Made by a program: the position numbers and the translations under genes. 48,146 nt of DNA from Candidatus Zixiibacteriota bacterium (GTDB lineage Bacteria; Zixibacteria; MSB-5A5; GN15; FEB-12), in contig JAJRUL010000180.1 in the NCBI GenBank assembly GCA_024277795.1, positions 1 through 48,146 of the forward strand, written 5' to 3'. This document shows, piece after piece, positions 1 through 10,285 of the stretch. Position 1 is the first letter of the stretch; each line of letters starts with the position of its first letter. The notes below the pieces were generated by a model. The model worked only from the letters and a program-made list of their open reading frames with translations. It had not been told where the DNA came from and made no database searches.

Positions 1-894
1 CTTCGCGGTGGGGAGATTATCCCAATTAAAGTGACCGTCTTTGATGAACAAGCAGGTTCAGTGGTAACTGGCGCAAATGTACAACTTTCGCTATCTGGAG
101 GTGGTAATCTATCTTCAGTAAGCGGTACGACTGATTCTTTCGGAGAATGGTCGACTACCTATACTGCACCTCCTACAATAAGCTCCATAATTGAGATACA
201 TGCATCTGTTGTTGGAAACTGTGATCCCAATTATGAAGTCGTTGAGTACTTCACCGACTTACAGAACGTTTCAGTGAACGGTCCGGTTTTTGGCTGGGGT
301 ACGTTGCCTTCAGATCCGACAGCTCAGACGACTGGTGCACTTGAGATTTACTCCACAGTTGCCGGATGCGATAATGATGATGGTTGTTCTGCTTATAGAT
401 CAATTCAAAGCAGTTGTGATACAGGGTTCTATGCTTTATCATCTCTGACTTTGCAAAATTCATGTGGGTTTGCCTGTGGTGGTGCATCAGCAACCAGCTC
501 TCTTACCTCAATTTATGATGCGACCAGTGATGTGTTTTCTCTCAACTGGACTGCCTCATCCGCAGGAAGTGCGGGAGGATCGTATGCTCAATATTCAGGA
601 GGTGCAGGTTTGAGGGGGGCTATCATATATCGGAGACCAAACAATCAACCGTTTCCTGCCGGAGCAAATTTGAAAGTCCGGGTCATTTGGGGAGGGTTTG
701 CTCAAACATGGAGGTTGGAGTATCACTCCATCAATTGGAATGCACCGTCAGCCGGAATACAAACTTTTGATCTTCCGCTCCCAGAAGGTGCTCTATACCA
801 AGTCCTCCCACTACAATTTGTCTCATTAGGAGGTGAGTGGAGTTCATCGACTTCTATTAGTTTGACAATCGAATGTGAAAATTGCGGGCAATAA
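1..894 (+). CDS. C-terminal part of a large secreted/surface protein (5' end outside window)
   Basis: Frame 1 is open from nt 1 (LRGGEIIPIKVTVFDEQ...), so the GTG at 31 in the ORF track is not a real start. The sequence is S/T/G-rich, looks beta-rich and has scattered Cys. Stop TAA at 892-894. No family recognised. Confidence 0.55.
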   Translation, partial: LRGGEIIPIKVTVFDEQAGSVVTGANVQLSLSGGGNLSSVSGTTDSFGEWSTTYTAPPTISSIIEIHASVVGNCDPNYEVVEYFTDLQNVSVNGPVFGWGTLPSDPTAQTTGALEIYSTVAGCDNDDGCSAYRSIQSSCDTGFYALSSLTLQNSCGFACGGASATSSLTSIYDATSDVFSLNWTASSAGSAGGSYAQYSGGAGLRGAIIYRRPNNQPFPAGANLKVRVIWGGFAQTWRLEYHSINWNAPSAGIQTFDLPLPEGALYQVLPLQFVSLGGEWSSSTSISLTIECENCGQ

Positions 895-980
895 AAATCT
901 TCAATCGGTAAGAGGTCACAATAGGTCACTGCATGTTCTTACAGTGGCCTGTTGTCTCTTAATAATCAAACTCTCTAATA

Positions 981-1412
981 TTACGCACAATATATGCGAA
1001 CCTTCTCATCATCGGCATCGATATCAATCGATGTCTCGCAAAGCGCCATAGCAAAAGCATCGATACTGGAACTGTCTAGCTTATCCAAGTCGATTCCATG
1101 TTTTCCGAAATGTCCGCCCATCTTTGAACGATACCCTTCAGGAATTAACGATTTGAGCTTTACTCCTGCTTTGAGCAACATAATCGGCACTTTGATATTG
1201 ACTGAGTCTTTTCCTGATGGATGATTTGCCCCGGGTTTGATCTGCACATGCAAAAAACGGGGTTTCTTGTCACTTTTCAACCTTCTCTCTGCTTCAGTAT
1301 TAGAGTCAGATTCATCAACTCCACCCAATGCATCCAATAATCGTTCAGCATCATCCGCAGATATTTTCCCCTCCGCAAGCATGTTCAAAATCTGTTTTCG
1401 TTCTTCACTCAT
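981..1412 (-). CDS. SHOCT-like / LiaX-YvlB N-terminal-like helical-motif protein, partner of the DUF2089 gene
   Basis: Internal Met gives MSEERKQILNMLAEGKISADDAERLLDALGG, the typical SHOCT-like/YvlB N-terminal motif. This start overlaps the upstream stop by 8 nt, which suggests coupling. The 39 extra N-terminal codons in the ORF track overlap the upstream gene and look spurious. Confidence 0.6.
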   Translation of the reverse strand: MSEERKQILNMLAEGKISADDAERLLDALGGVDESDSNTEAERRLKSDKKPRFLHVQIKPGANHPSGKDSVNIKVPIMLLKAGVKLKSLIPEGYRSKMGGHFGKHGIDLDKLDSSSIDAFAMALCETSIDIDADDEKVRIYCA

Positions 1413-1791
1413 TGATCTTTCCCTTCTCCAATTGTTTGATCGCCTCATTGACATCCAATTCACCGCGGTTGAGTCGATTAAGTATCTCAGATCGGCTGAT
1501 CTTTTCTTCTGTAGTATCCATCTCAACAAAACTCAACTGCTCGCCTATTCGATTCAGGCGATTTTTTATAGTGGGATATGAAACTCCAAAAAACTTTTCC
1601 ATCTGTTTGATAGATCCATGACAAACGACAAAAGCTGATACAAATGCCTGATCATCCGATGACAACTGGGCTAACTGAGGCAACAGAAAATCCCCTTCAA
1701 TTGCTATATTAGTCTCAACCATACGTACCCTCTCAATTATAACCTGCCTCCCTCGTGTCAACTTGGTCAGCTCATTCCAGTCTTGTGACAT
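1405..1791 (-). CDS. DUF2089-like HTH protein lacking the N-terminal zinc-ribbon cysteines
   Basis: IAIEGDFLLPQLAQLSSDDQAFVSAFVVCHGSIKQMEKFFGVSYPTIKNRLNRIGEQL follows the DUF2089 pattern as I recall it (I.G.F....Ls.eq..Fv..Fv...G.iK..Ek..g.SYPT.rn.L). No CxxC pairs are present. Confidence 0.6.
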   Translation of the reverse strand: MSQDWNELTKLTRGRQVIIERVRMVETNIAIEGDFLLPQLAQLSSDDQAFVSAFVVCHGSIKQMEKFFGVSYPTIKNRLNRIGEQLSFVEMDTTEEKISRSEILNRLNRGELDVNEAIKQLEKGKINE

Positions 1792-1994
1792 TTTTCATAC
1801 TCCAATATGATTGTTCTTAACAAGATTAACGAGAATGATATCAATTATGTTTCGTATTTACTTAAATATTTTAATATTTACATGATATACACTTAATATA
1901 ATCAAATAAATATTGATAATTAGCACATATGAATGCAATAATACAACTGCCCCATATCTCTATTACAAATTATATCACTTTCTAATGAAACTTC

Positions 1995-2022
1995 TTGACA
2001 GGTAAAGCGTTTAACATATATT
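1995..2022 (+). promoter_or_regulatory. sigma70-type promoter of groES-groEL
   Basis: TTGACA (1995-2000), a 16-nt spacer, then TATATT (2017-2022). It lies about 10 nt upstream of the CIRCE operator. Confidence 0.55.
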
Positions 2023-2031
2023 CAATGGTTG

Positions 2032-2058
2032 TTAGCACTCGCCTTGGGTGAGTGCTAA
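2032..2058 (+). promoter_or_regulatory. CIRCE operator (HrcA binding site)
   Basis: TTAGCACTC-gccttgggt-GAGTGCTAA is a perfect match to the CIRCE consensus TTAGCACTC-N9-GAGTGCTAA. It sits in the groES leader. Confidence 0.92.
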
Positions 2059-2177
2059 CAAGGTGTGAGTGATTGACTAACAAACACTTACGTAACTGAC
2101 CCACAGGGGTCTCGTATTAGAGATGTAAGGATAAACAAATAGAAACAGTAAGTTTCAAAAAACAAAGGAGCATGAAA

Positions 2178-2471
2178 ATGCAAGTACGTCCATTAGCTGA
2201 CAGAGTTGTCGTACGTCCAGTCGAAGAAAGTGAAACAATGAAGGGCGGAATTATCATTCCTGATACTGCCAAAGAAAAACCGATGCAAGGAGAAATCATT
2301 GAAGTCGGTGCTGGTCGTATCACCGAAGATGGTAAGAATGTTGCCATGGAAGTAAAAAAGGGTGACCGGGTCCTCTATGGTAAATACTCGGGTACTGAAG
2401 TTTCGCTTGATGGAGATGAATATCTTATCATGCGTGAATCTGATATTTTCGCAGTGATCAAAAACAGCTAA
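2178..2471 (+). CDS. groES: co-chaperonin GroES
   Basis: [17 protein letters not shown]...[13 protein letters not shown] is canonical GroES. GGAG at 2167-2170 lies 7 nt before the ATG at 2178, whereas the ATG at 2172 is only 1 nt after the SD. Confidence 0.96.
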   Translation: MQVRPLADRVVVRPVEESETMKGGIIIPDTAKEKPMQGEIIEVGAGRITEDGKNVAMEVKKGDRVLYGKYSGTEVSLDGDEYLIMRESDIFAVIKNS

Positions 2472-2484
2472 ACGAATTACCTAA

Positions 2485-4140
<1,656 letters not shown>

Positions 4141-4196
4141 ACCGACGTTTTGTATAAGCAATTGCTGTAAGAGTAATTGTTGTCCATTTGATCATA

Positions 4197-4228
4197 AAAG
4201 CCCCGATCAATTACTTGATCGGGGCTTT
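4197..4228. terminator. bidirectional intrinsic terminator between convergent groEL and the ytfJ-like gene
   Basis: Perfect 14-bp stem aaagccccgatcaa / ttgatcggggcttt with loop ttac. A/T runs are built into both ends. Confidence 0.8.
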
Positions 4229-4249
4229 GTCGACATATGTAATATAAAA

Positions 4250-4690
4250 CTATTTTGACTCGTCACTCTCTGCATCAGTCTCATCAGCAGTTGTCGTTTC
4301 TTCAATATCAGATGAATCAGAATCACCATTATCAGATGAGAACTTCTCTTTCAACTTTGATATCTTTTTGGCAAAACCGGGGATAGCATCAATAATGCTG
4401 TCCCATTTCCCCTTAGAAGCAGGAAGCAGGTGCACACCATCTTTATCCATAATAATAAAAGCGGCAGGTTCAATTTTAGCACCACCACCACCGCCACCGC
4501 CGAACCCTGATCGTGACTTGTCATCCTCACCCTGTCCACCACCTGCACCAAAACCGACAGAAATCTTCACAATCGGTATAACTGTTGTGTCGCCTATTGT
4601 AACAGGATCACCGATAACAGTTTCCGATTGAGCGATCTGTCTCAGCTCACCCACAACACCTTTGAGAATATCTACTACATTATTGGACAT
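4250..4690 (-). CDS. ytfJ: GerW/YtfJ-family protein
   Basis: VIGDPVTIGDTTVIPIVKISVGFGAGGGQG...GGGGGGGAKIEPAAFIIM matches the Spore_YtfJ (GerW) pattern. It has an acidic C-terminal tail. Confidence 0.75.
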   Translation of the reverse strand: MSNNVVDILKGVVGELRQIAQSETVIGDPVTIGDTTVIPIVKISVGFGAGGGQGEDDKSRSGFGGGGGGGAKIEPAAFIIMDKDGVHLLPASKGKWDSIIDAIPGFAKKISKLKEKFSSDNGDSDSSDIEETTTADETDAESDESK

Positions 4691-5333
4691 CCTGTCCTCC
4701 TCTTTTCGTTCCTATCGCCAGTTTATATAAATCTCTTAACGGCAGTTGCCCTATCAGTACTATAATCCGCCATATTAACCTATACAACGGAAGAGCAAAG
4801 GCCATTTGTATCTTTCCGTTAAATGATTCCTCAACCCAATTCGGTTGAAAGCTAATACGTTGTGACAGCCCCGGAACTGCTCCTACTACTGCATGATATC
4901 CCCCGTATAATTGCCCCGTAAGGTCAGGTGAATCAAAACCAGCCTCTATCCTGGCTGATAATTCCTCAACTATAGTATAACGGTAAAGATGAGCAATCAT
5001 GCGACCGAGAGCAGTTGCGGTTCTTGGAACAATACGTGGGAGCAATACATACCAGTCTCTCTCTCTCTCTTCCCTCTGCTTGATTTTTCCCGATCTTCTA
5101 TCAGTTTGTTTTTGTTTTTGTTTCTTCGGTTTTGTATTGAGTTGAAAAGATGTAATATGCCAACCAAAGATGCGAAGAGATCCGACATTATCGACAAAAT
5201 CAATTTCAGGACCTGTCTGTCCTAATCCGACAAACAGCAACCGTTTGTTATCCCCCCACAAGAAACGCATTCTCAATCTGAGGAATGAAATAGCAATCAG
5301 TATAGCTATGAATATGAGTAAAGTATATAACAT
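4680..5333 (-). CDS. DUF2953 (YtfI)-like membrane protein
   Basis: N-terminal TM helix. It sits immediately upstream of the ytfJ-like gene and overlaps it by 11 nt, as in the Bacillus ytfI-ytfJ pair. The family call rests mainly on synteny and architecture. Confidence 0.45.
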   Translation of the reverse strand: MLYTLLIFIAILIAISFLRLRMRFLWGDNKRLLFVGLGQTGPEIDFVDNVGSLRIFGWHITSFQLNTKPKKQKQKQTDRRSGKIKQREERERDWYVLLPRIVPRTATALGRMIAHLYRYTIVEELSARIEAGFDSPDLTGQLYGGYHAVVGAVPGLSQRISFQPNWVEESFNGKIQMAFALPLYRLIWRIIVLIGQLPLRDLYKLAIGTKRGGQDVQ

Positions 5334-5390
5334 GCTTCTACAAACTATATCGACCTTTGGCGGTCAAACCTCATGACTGTAATACAAGAA

Positions 5391-7139
5391 TTACTTATCT
5401 GTCGAAGTTGTGGATTTTTCCAAACCGAGATGTTCCCACAAGAGTGTGACAGGTACCGATCCCTCAGCCAACAAAGCATCATGAAATTCAGCCAATGAAA
5501 AAAGTGGACCATCACGTTGCTCCATTGCATCACGAAGTTTGAGAATCTCACGTTTTCCCATCAAATATGCCATTTGATAGGTTGGTGAAAGAGTGTAGCG
5601 CCTGACTTCCTTGCGAATATACTCTCTCTGCCAATCAGTATTGCTATCAAGTTCTTTATTCATCCAATCGATACACTGCTCAACTGTAAACTGACCAGTA
5701 TGAAGTTTAACATCAGCAACAATCCGAGCAGCCCGAAAACGAATCCCCCCAAGTATACCAAGCCACTGGGATGGGTCTTCCTTACCAAACAACCCCTGAT
5801 CGTACATCATTTCTTCACAATATAAAGCCCACCCTTCAACCATCATTCTGTTCATTTGCCACTTTCTGATCGGATCACTATTCCGTGCGGCAATCTGCAT
5901 TTGCAGATGGTGCCCTGGGAATGCTTCGTGTACTACTGATCCTTTGAATCCACGTCTATGAATGTAGCGATAGCGAGCATCAAGCTGTTTCCTCGTCAAC
6001 GAATCAGGAATCGGCCTCACATAGAAATAACCATGTTGATTTTGATCAAACGGCCCGGCAGGTTGATATGCAATCCCTGAAATCATCGACCTGAGAAATG
6101 GGGGTGTCTCAATGACAGTAACAGGGGCAATATCATCAGGAATCGAGAGAAGATCGTTTGTCTCAATAAAGACTTTAACCTGATTAGTTTCCCAGTTGTA
6201 GTAGTCCAGAATATCTTCACGCTCAAATTTACGAGGGATATAAACAGAATCGGCACCATTTTGGTGGTTCAATTCAACATATTCTTCATATTCATGATAC
6301 TCTTTCTGTGCCTGTTCGAGAAGTGAAAGACCAATAGCAAGAAGTGTGTCAGAATTGATATTCATAAAGTATTCATGCTCTAATCGATAATCAAAGGCCT
6401 CTTTCCCGATCGCAAAGTCGATCTCTTTTCCCGGAGTTACTTCATCAAGCCACAGGAGGAAATCATTCATTGCTTCACGTGCGGCAGTCGAAACTTTAAG
6501 GATATTATCAGCTCGCTCAGGGAACTGAGCCATCAGTTCACCCGCAGCTATCTGATAAAACTCCATACCAGACTCAAGAGACTCCTTTGCTGCTTCAATA
6601 TATATCGGTGGCGGTTTCTTAAGATTCTTCCTCGCGGTTGCAAAAAGAGCAGGGACAGATCGTATGCGGTCTATGATAGGCACTATTTTTTCAGACATCG
6701 GTGCATGTTTTGAGATCAAGAGAAAATACAGTCCGTTTACTGCTTCATCGACATAAAGCTGTGGTGATTTTTTATGCCAACGCAGTTTTTTCAAGTCATG
6801 CAATGTGGTCAATAAGTTCGACCTGATGAGTTTGTATGAAAGTTGCTGTTCCTTTGAAAGCTTGCTCGGATTGAAACGACGTAAAGCAGATTTATTCTTA
6901 ATATACCCGTTGAGCTTTTTAATCATCCTGTTCACAGATTTTGATGAATAGTCTGTAAAACGATGATCATAGGAGTGGATACCCATTTCGGTTGAACGAA
7001 CAGGATAAAACGACTGGATCGATTCAAGGATCTCAACGCTTAATTCATCAAATGTTTTCTTTTTCTTGGCAGCGTTCGACTCTGTAGCCAATAGAGTTAA
7101 AAGAAAAACACCTATTATTGTCAGTACTATTTTTCGCAT
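5391..7139 (-). CDS. DUF885-family secreted metallopeptidase-like protein
   Basis: The HEAFPGHHLQ motif is typical of DUF885. The Met at 7139 gives the signal peptide MRKIVLTIIGVFLLTLLATESNA and is preceded by AGGAG 7 nt upstream. The ORF-track start at 7196 adds 19 unlikely residues. Confidence 0.8.
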   Translation of the reverse strand: MRKIVLTIIGVFLLTLLATESNAAKKKKTFDELSVEILESIQSFYPVRSTEMGIHSYDHRFTDYSSKSVNRMIKKLNGYIKNKSALRRFNPSKLSKEQQLSYKLIRSNLLTTLHDLKKLRWHKKSPQLYVDEAVNGLYFLLISKHAPMSEKIVPIIDRIRSVPALFATARKNLKKPPPIYIEAAKESLESGMEFYQIAAGELMAQFPERADNILKVSTAAREAMNDFLLWLDEVTPGKEIDFAIGKEAFDYRLEHEYFMNINSDTLLAIGLSLLEQAQKEYHEYEEYVELNHQNGADSVYIPRKFEREDILDYYNWETNQVKVFIETNDLLSIPDDIAPVTVIETPPFLRSMISGIAYQPAGPFDQNQHGYFYVRPIPDSLTRKQLDARYRYIHRRGFKGSVVHEAFPGHHLQMQIAARNSDPIRKWQMNRMMVEGWALYCEEMMYDQGLFGKEDPSQWLGILGGIRFRAARIVADVKLHTGQFTVEQCIDWMNKELDSNTDWQREYIRKEVRRYTLSPTYQMAYLMGKREILKLRDAMEQRDGPLFSLAEFHDALLAEGSVPVTLLWEHLGLEKSTTSTDK

Positions 7140-7202
7140 CAAATCACTCCTATAATAATGAGCCAGAAAGGTAGAAAGAATGCTTTTGAAGGGCAAGTCT
7201 GT

Positions 7203-8585
7203 TTACGAAGGGACCTTCTCATCGTAGAATACCCCGACCAACTCAACATGCATCGTGTGCGGGAACATATCAATCGGCTTTATTGCCGGCAGTTTATACC
7301 CAGACTCCACCAGTTTCTTCGCATCCCGCGCGAAAGTAGCGGGATTACACGAAATATAGAGGATCTTGGGGGGGCGGATACTTAGGATTTGTTTGAGAGC
7401 TTTCGGGTGTAGTCCTGCTCTTGGCGGATCAATAATGATTGCGTCAAATGGTTCTTTTGTCGCAATTTCAGTTTTTAAGAAGTCTTTCACAAATCCTTGA
7501 TAGAAGTTAATATTCTTTACTTCATTGAGAATAGCATTCTCCCTTGCCGCATTTACAGCATCTTCAACCAATTCAACGCCAATCACCTCTCGTACATGCG
7601 GTGCTAAAAGGATCCCTATCGACCCCGTCCCGCAATACAAATCGAGAACTCTATCCTGACGAGTTGGATTGAGCATATCAAATCCCGCACGATATAAAGT
7701 TTCCGTCTGAGTTGTATTGGTTTGGAAAAATGAATTAGCTCTTATTCTAAATGTAGAGTTGAACAACTTCTCTTCAATATAACCAAGACCGAAAATAACT
7801 CGCTCGATCTCCCCCGTAGCAATATTCGATTTCTGCCCGTTTTGGTTATGGACAAGCGTAGTGACTTCAGGAAAGTTATCACGAATACCCTGCATGAGCT
7901 TTTGCCAGCTAGGAATCTCACCATAATTGGTCACGATATTGACCATGATCTCACCCGTACGTCGAGTTGCACGGATCACCAGAAAACGGATAAACCCCGT
8001 ATGTTCTTTCACATCATAAACGGGTATCCCCTCCTGTTTGACAAAATCTCGGACCCAGTGAACAATACGGTCGGCGGTCTCACCGTGAAGAAAACACTTT
8101 TCAAGATCAAACACTTCGTCAAAACGCCCGCGCCTATGCAAACCAAGGGTGAATCCCCCATCTTCTGCAGTATGAAATGAGAACTCCATCTTGTTACGAT
8201 AGTGAAACCGCTCGGCTGAACCGATAACATCAAGGAGCTTTACATCATCAAGCCCACCAATATGTTCGATACATCCAGCAACTTGCTTGCGTTTGAACTC
8301 TATTTGCTGGCTATATGCAAGATCCTGCCATGTGCACCCACCACACGAACCGAAATGAGAACAGACAGGCGGAACACGTAAATCCGATTTAACAATAATA
8401 TCATGAACACGTCCAACATCATAACGAGGACGTGACTGCACAACTTCTGCTAAAACTTTTTCACCTGGCAGACCTCTATCAAGAAAGATTACTTTTCCAC
8501 TTTCAAGGTTACCGATCGCTTTACCGTTGAAAGCAAGGTCCTTGATTTCAATCTCAATCATATCTGGTGTCACACTTACTCCCAT
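7203..8585 (-). CDS. rlmD: 23S rRNA (uracil-C5)-methyltransferase, RlmD/RumA family
   Basis: TRAM-like N-terminus, Fe-S motif CSHFGSCGGC, SAM motifs LDLYCGTGSIG and IIDPPRAG. The exact start is uncertain (8585, 8573 GTG or 8561). Confidence 0.9.
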   Translation of the reverse strand: MGVSVTPDMIEIEIKDLAFNGKAIGNLESGKVIFLDRGLPGEKVLAEVVQSRPRYDVGRVHDIIVKSDLRVPPVCSHFGSCGGCTWQDLAYSQQIEFKRKQVAGCIEHIGGLDDVKLLDVIGSAERFHYRNKMEFSFHTAEDGGFTLGLHRRGRFDEVFDLEKCFLHGETADRIVHWVRDFVKQEGIPVYDVKEHTGFIRFLVIRATRRTGEIMVNIVTNYGEIPSWQKLMQGIRDNFPEVTTLVHNQNGQKSNIATGEIERVIFGLGYIEEKLFNSTFRIRANSFFQTNTTQTETLYRAGFDMLNPTRQDRVLDLYCGTGSIGILLAPHVREVIGVELVEDAVNAARENAILNEVKNINFYQGFVKDFLKTEIATKEPFDAIIIDPPRAGLHPKALKQILSIRPPKILYISCNPATFARDAKKLVESGYKLPAIKPIDMFPHTMHVELVGVFYDEKVPS

Positions 8586-9499
8586 CGATGTTCACTATAT
8601 TGGCACAACAGATCTTCCCTGTCACACTCGTCCTTTTCCAACTGTATAGTACCATGACCGATTTCAAATTCGGTCCGAAGTAACTCATTAATTTTGACAA
8701 TGATATTCGGCCCTTCTTGAAAATCCTTCTCACTGATACAGACATGACATGACAAAGCGACTTCCTGCGAAGACAAAGACCATATATGAAGATCATGAAC
8801 ATTGCGCACTTTATTCACTTTCATGATCGCTTCCAGAACTTTATCAAAATCTATACCCTGTGGAACTCCTTCAAGAAAGATCCATACCGCCTCTTTGATT
8901 ACCAAATAGCTGGACCAGAAAATCATCAAAGCGATTGCCGCTGTAAGGACTACATCAACAATATAGAGATCTGTTAGAATGATCACAATGCCACCGATAA
9001 TAACTACGACCGAGGATAAAGCATCAAAGAACATATGCAGAAATGCTGTCTTCATGTTCAGTGATTTCCCTTTTTCACTGTGAAGCAACTTTATCGATAC
9101 GATATTCCCAAGCAATCCAATAACAGCAACAGTCAGAAACACCCACGGATCGGTGATCGGCTGTGGGTTGGCAACACGTTCGAATGCTTCACGAAGAATA
9201 AAAATAGCTATGACTATTAGGGAAACTGCAGAAATAAGAGCAGTCATGACTTCCACACGTTTATAACCATATGTCGACCGTTTTGTCGCCGGTTTTTGGG
9301 AACTCTTGATCCCTAACCATGCTAGTATCAATGATGCCACATCGGAAAGGTTGTGCATCGCATCGGCTAACAGGGCAAGATAACCCGTCATTAATCCGCC
9401 AATAACTTCGGCAATTGTGATCACCATATTGAAGAGAATAGTCCACGCGAGCCTTCGCCCTGAAACCTCTTCAGGCATATGTGAGTGGTTGTGAGTCAT
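8576..9499 (-). CDS. cation diffusion facilitator (CzcD/ZitB-type) metal efflux protein
   Basis: His-rich N-terminus MTHNHSHMPE, six TM segments, LLADAMHNLSD and HMFFDALSS motifs, and a cytoplasmic C-terminal domain with HDLHIW. Confidence 0.9.
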   Translation of the reverse strand: MTHNHSHMPEEVSGRRLAWTILFNMVITIAEVIGGLMTGYLALLADAMHNLSDVASLILAWLGIKSSQKPATKRSTYGYKRVEVMTALISAVSLIVIAIFILREAFERVANPQPITDPWVFLTVAVIGLLGNIVSIKLLHSEKGKSLNMKTAFLHMFFDALSSVVVIIGGIVIILTDLYIVDVVLTAAIALMIFWSSYLVIKEAVWIFLEGVPQGIDFDKVLEAIMKVNKVRNVHDLHIWSLSSQEVALSCHVCISEKDFQEGPNIIVKINELLRTEFEIGHGTIQLEKDECDREDLLCQYSEHRWE

Positions 9500-9618
9500 A
9501 GTATCTTCTACGTTTTTAATATGCCTTTAATCTAACACCATCTTATTTATTGCAACATACAATTACGCATATTGATCGCTGTTGGTAAATTACTTTCTCA
9601 AATATATTTATTGTGTAA

Positions 9619-10281
9619 TTAATGCTTCACTAAGCTGATAACCCAGAACCCAAGCCCTAGCAATACCACAAAGCTGATCGCAAGTAGATTGAAGTAACGA
9701 TCGATCAAATCCTTGATGCGTTCACCATATTTCTTATATGTGAAACCAATTACACCAGCTACAGCAAAAAACCTCGCCGACCTGCTAATAACAGATGCGA
9801 CAATAAACAAAGGGAAAGACATTTCGAAAAAACCTGCAGCAATTGTAAATACTTTATACGGAATTGGTGTAAAACCGGCAATACCAACTGCCCAAACACC
9901 TACTTTCATACCATAAAGTTCTTTCTGATTAAACCAGAATTGAGCAGTCTTGAGCAAGTCATCAGGATTCGTCCCTGATAAAGAAGCTGTAATCGACAGT
10001 AGTTTTTCACCTATAAACTCAAAAGCAGAATACCCAATCAAATACCCTAACATACCTCCGACTACAGAACCAAACGAACAGATAAGAGCAAAACGGAACC
10101 AACACTTGTATGATCCCATACAAAGCGCAATGAGAAGGGCATCAGGGGGAATCGGGAAAAAAGACGCTTCAGCCATCGAGAGGAAAAAAAGCCCTCTATC
10201 TGCATTCTTTGATTCACTCAAAGATATCACCCAGTCATAGAGCGAACGCATCCAATACAAAGGATTGAGTTGTTGCTTCAT
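9619..10281 (-). CDS. DedA/YqaA-family (VTT domain) membrane protein
   Basis: The FFPIPPD motif and hydrophobic profile fit YqaA-like proteins. The Met at 10281 avoids a 38-nt overlap with the upstream gene (stop codon 10286-10288). Confidence 0.72.
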   Translation of the reverse strand: MKQQLNPLYWMRSLYDWVISLSESKNADRGLFFLSMAEASFFPIPPDALLIALCMGSYKCWFRFALICSFGSVVGGMLGYLIGYSAFEFIGEKLLSITASLSGTNPDDLLKTAQFWFNQKELYGMKVGVWAVGIAGFTPIPYKVFTIAAGFFEMSFPLFIVASVISRSARFFAVAGVIGFTYKKYGERIKDLIDRYFNLLAISFVVLLGLGFWVISLVKH

Positions 10282-10285
10282 ACGT

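Noticed and set aside
31-894. GTG at 31 as the start of the first ORF
   Set aside because: The frame is open back to nt 1, so the gene almost certainly begins outside the window.
1413-1529. 39-codon N-terminal extension of the SHOCT-like ORF (MLRWILQKK...)
   Set aside because: It lies entirely within the upstream DUF2089 gene. The conserved motif begins at the internal Met (1412), which gives a typical 8-nt coupling overlap.
9500-9618. Possible czcD (NiCo) riboswitch upstream of the CDF transporter
   Set aside because: The leader is very AT-rich and lacks the G/C-rich conserved junction sequences expected for that RNA class.
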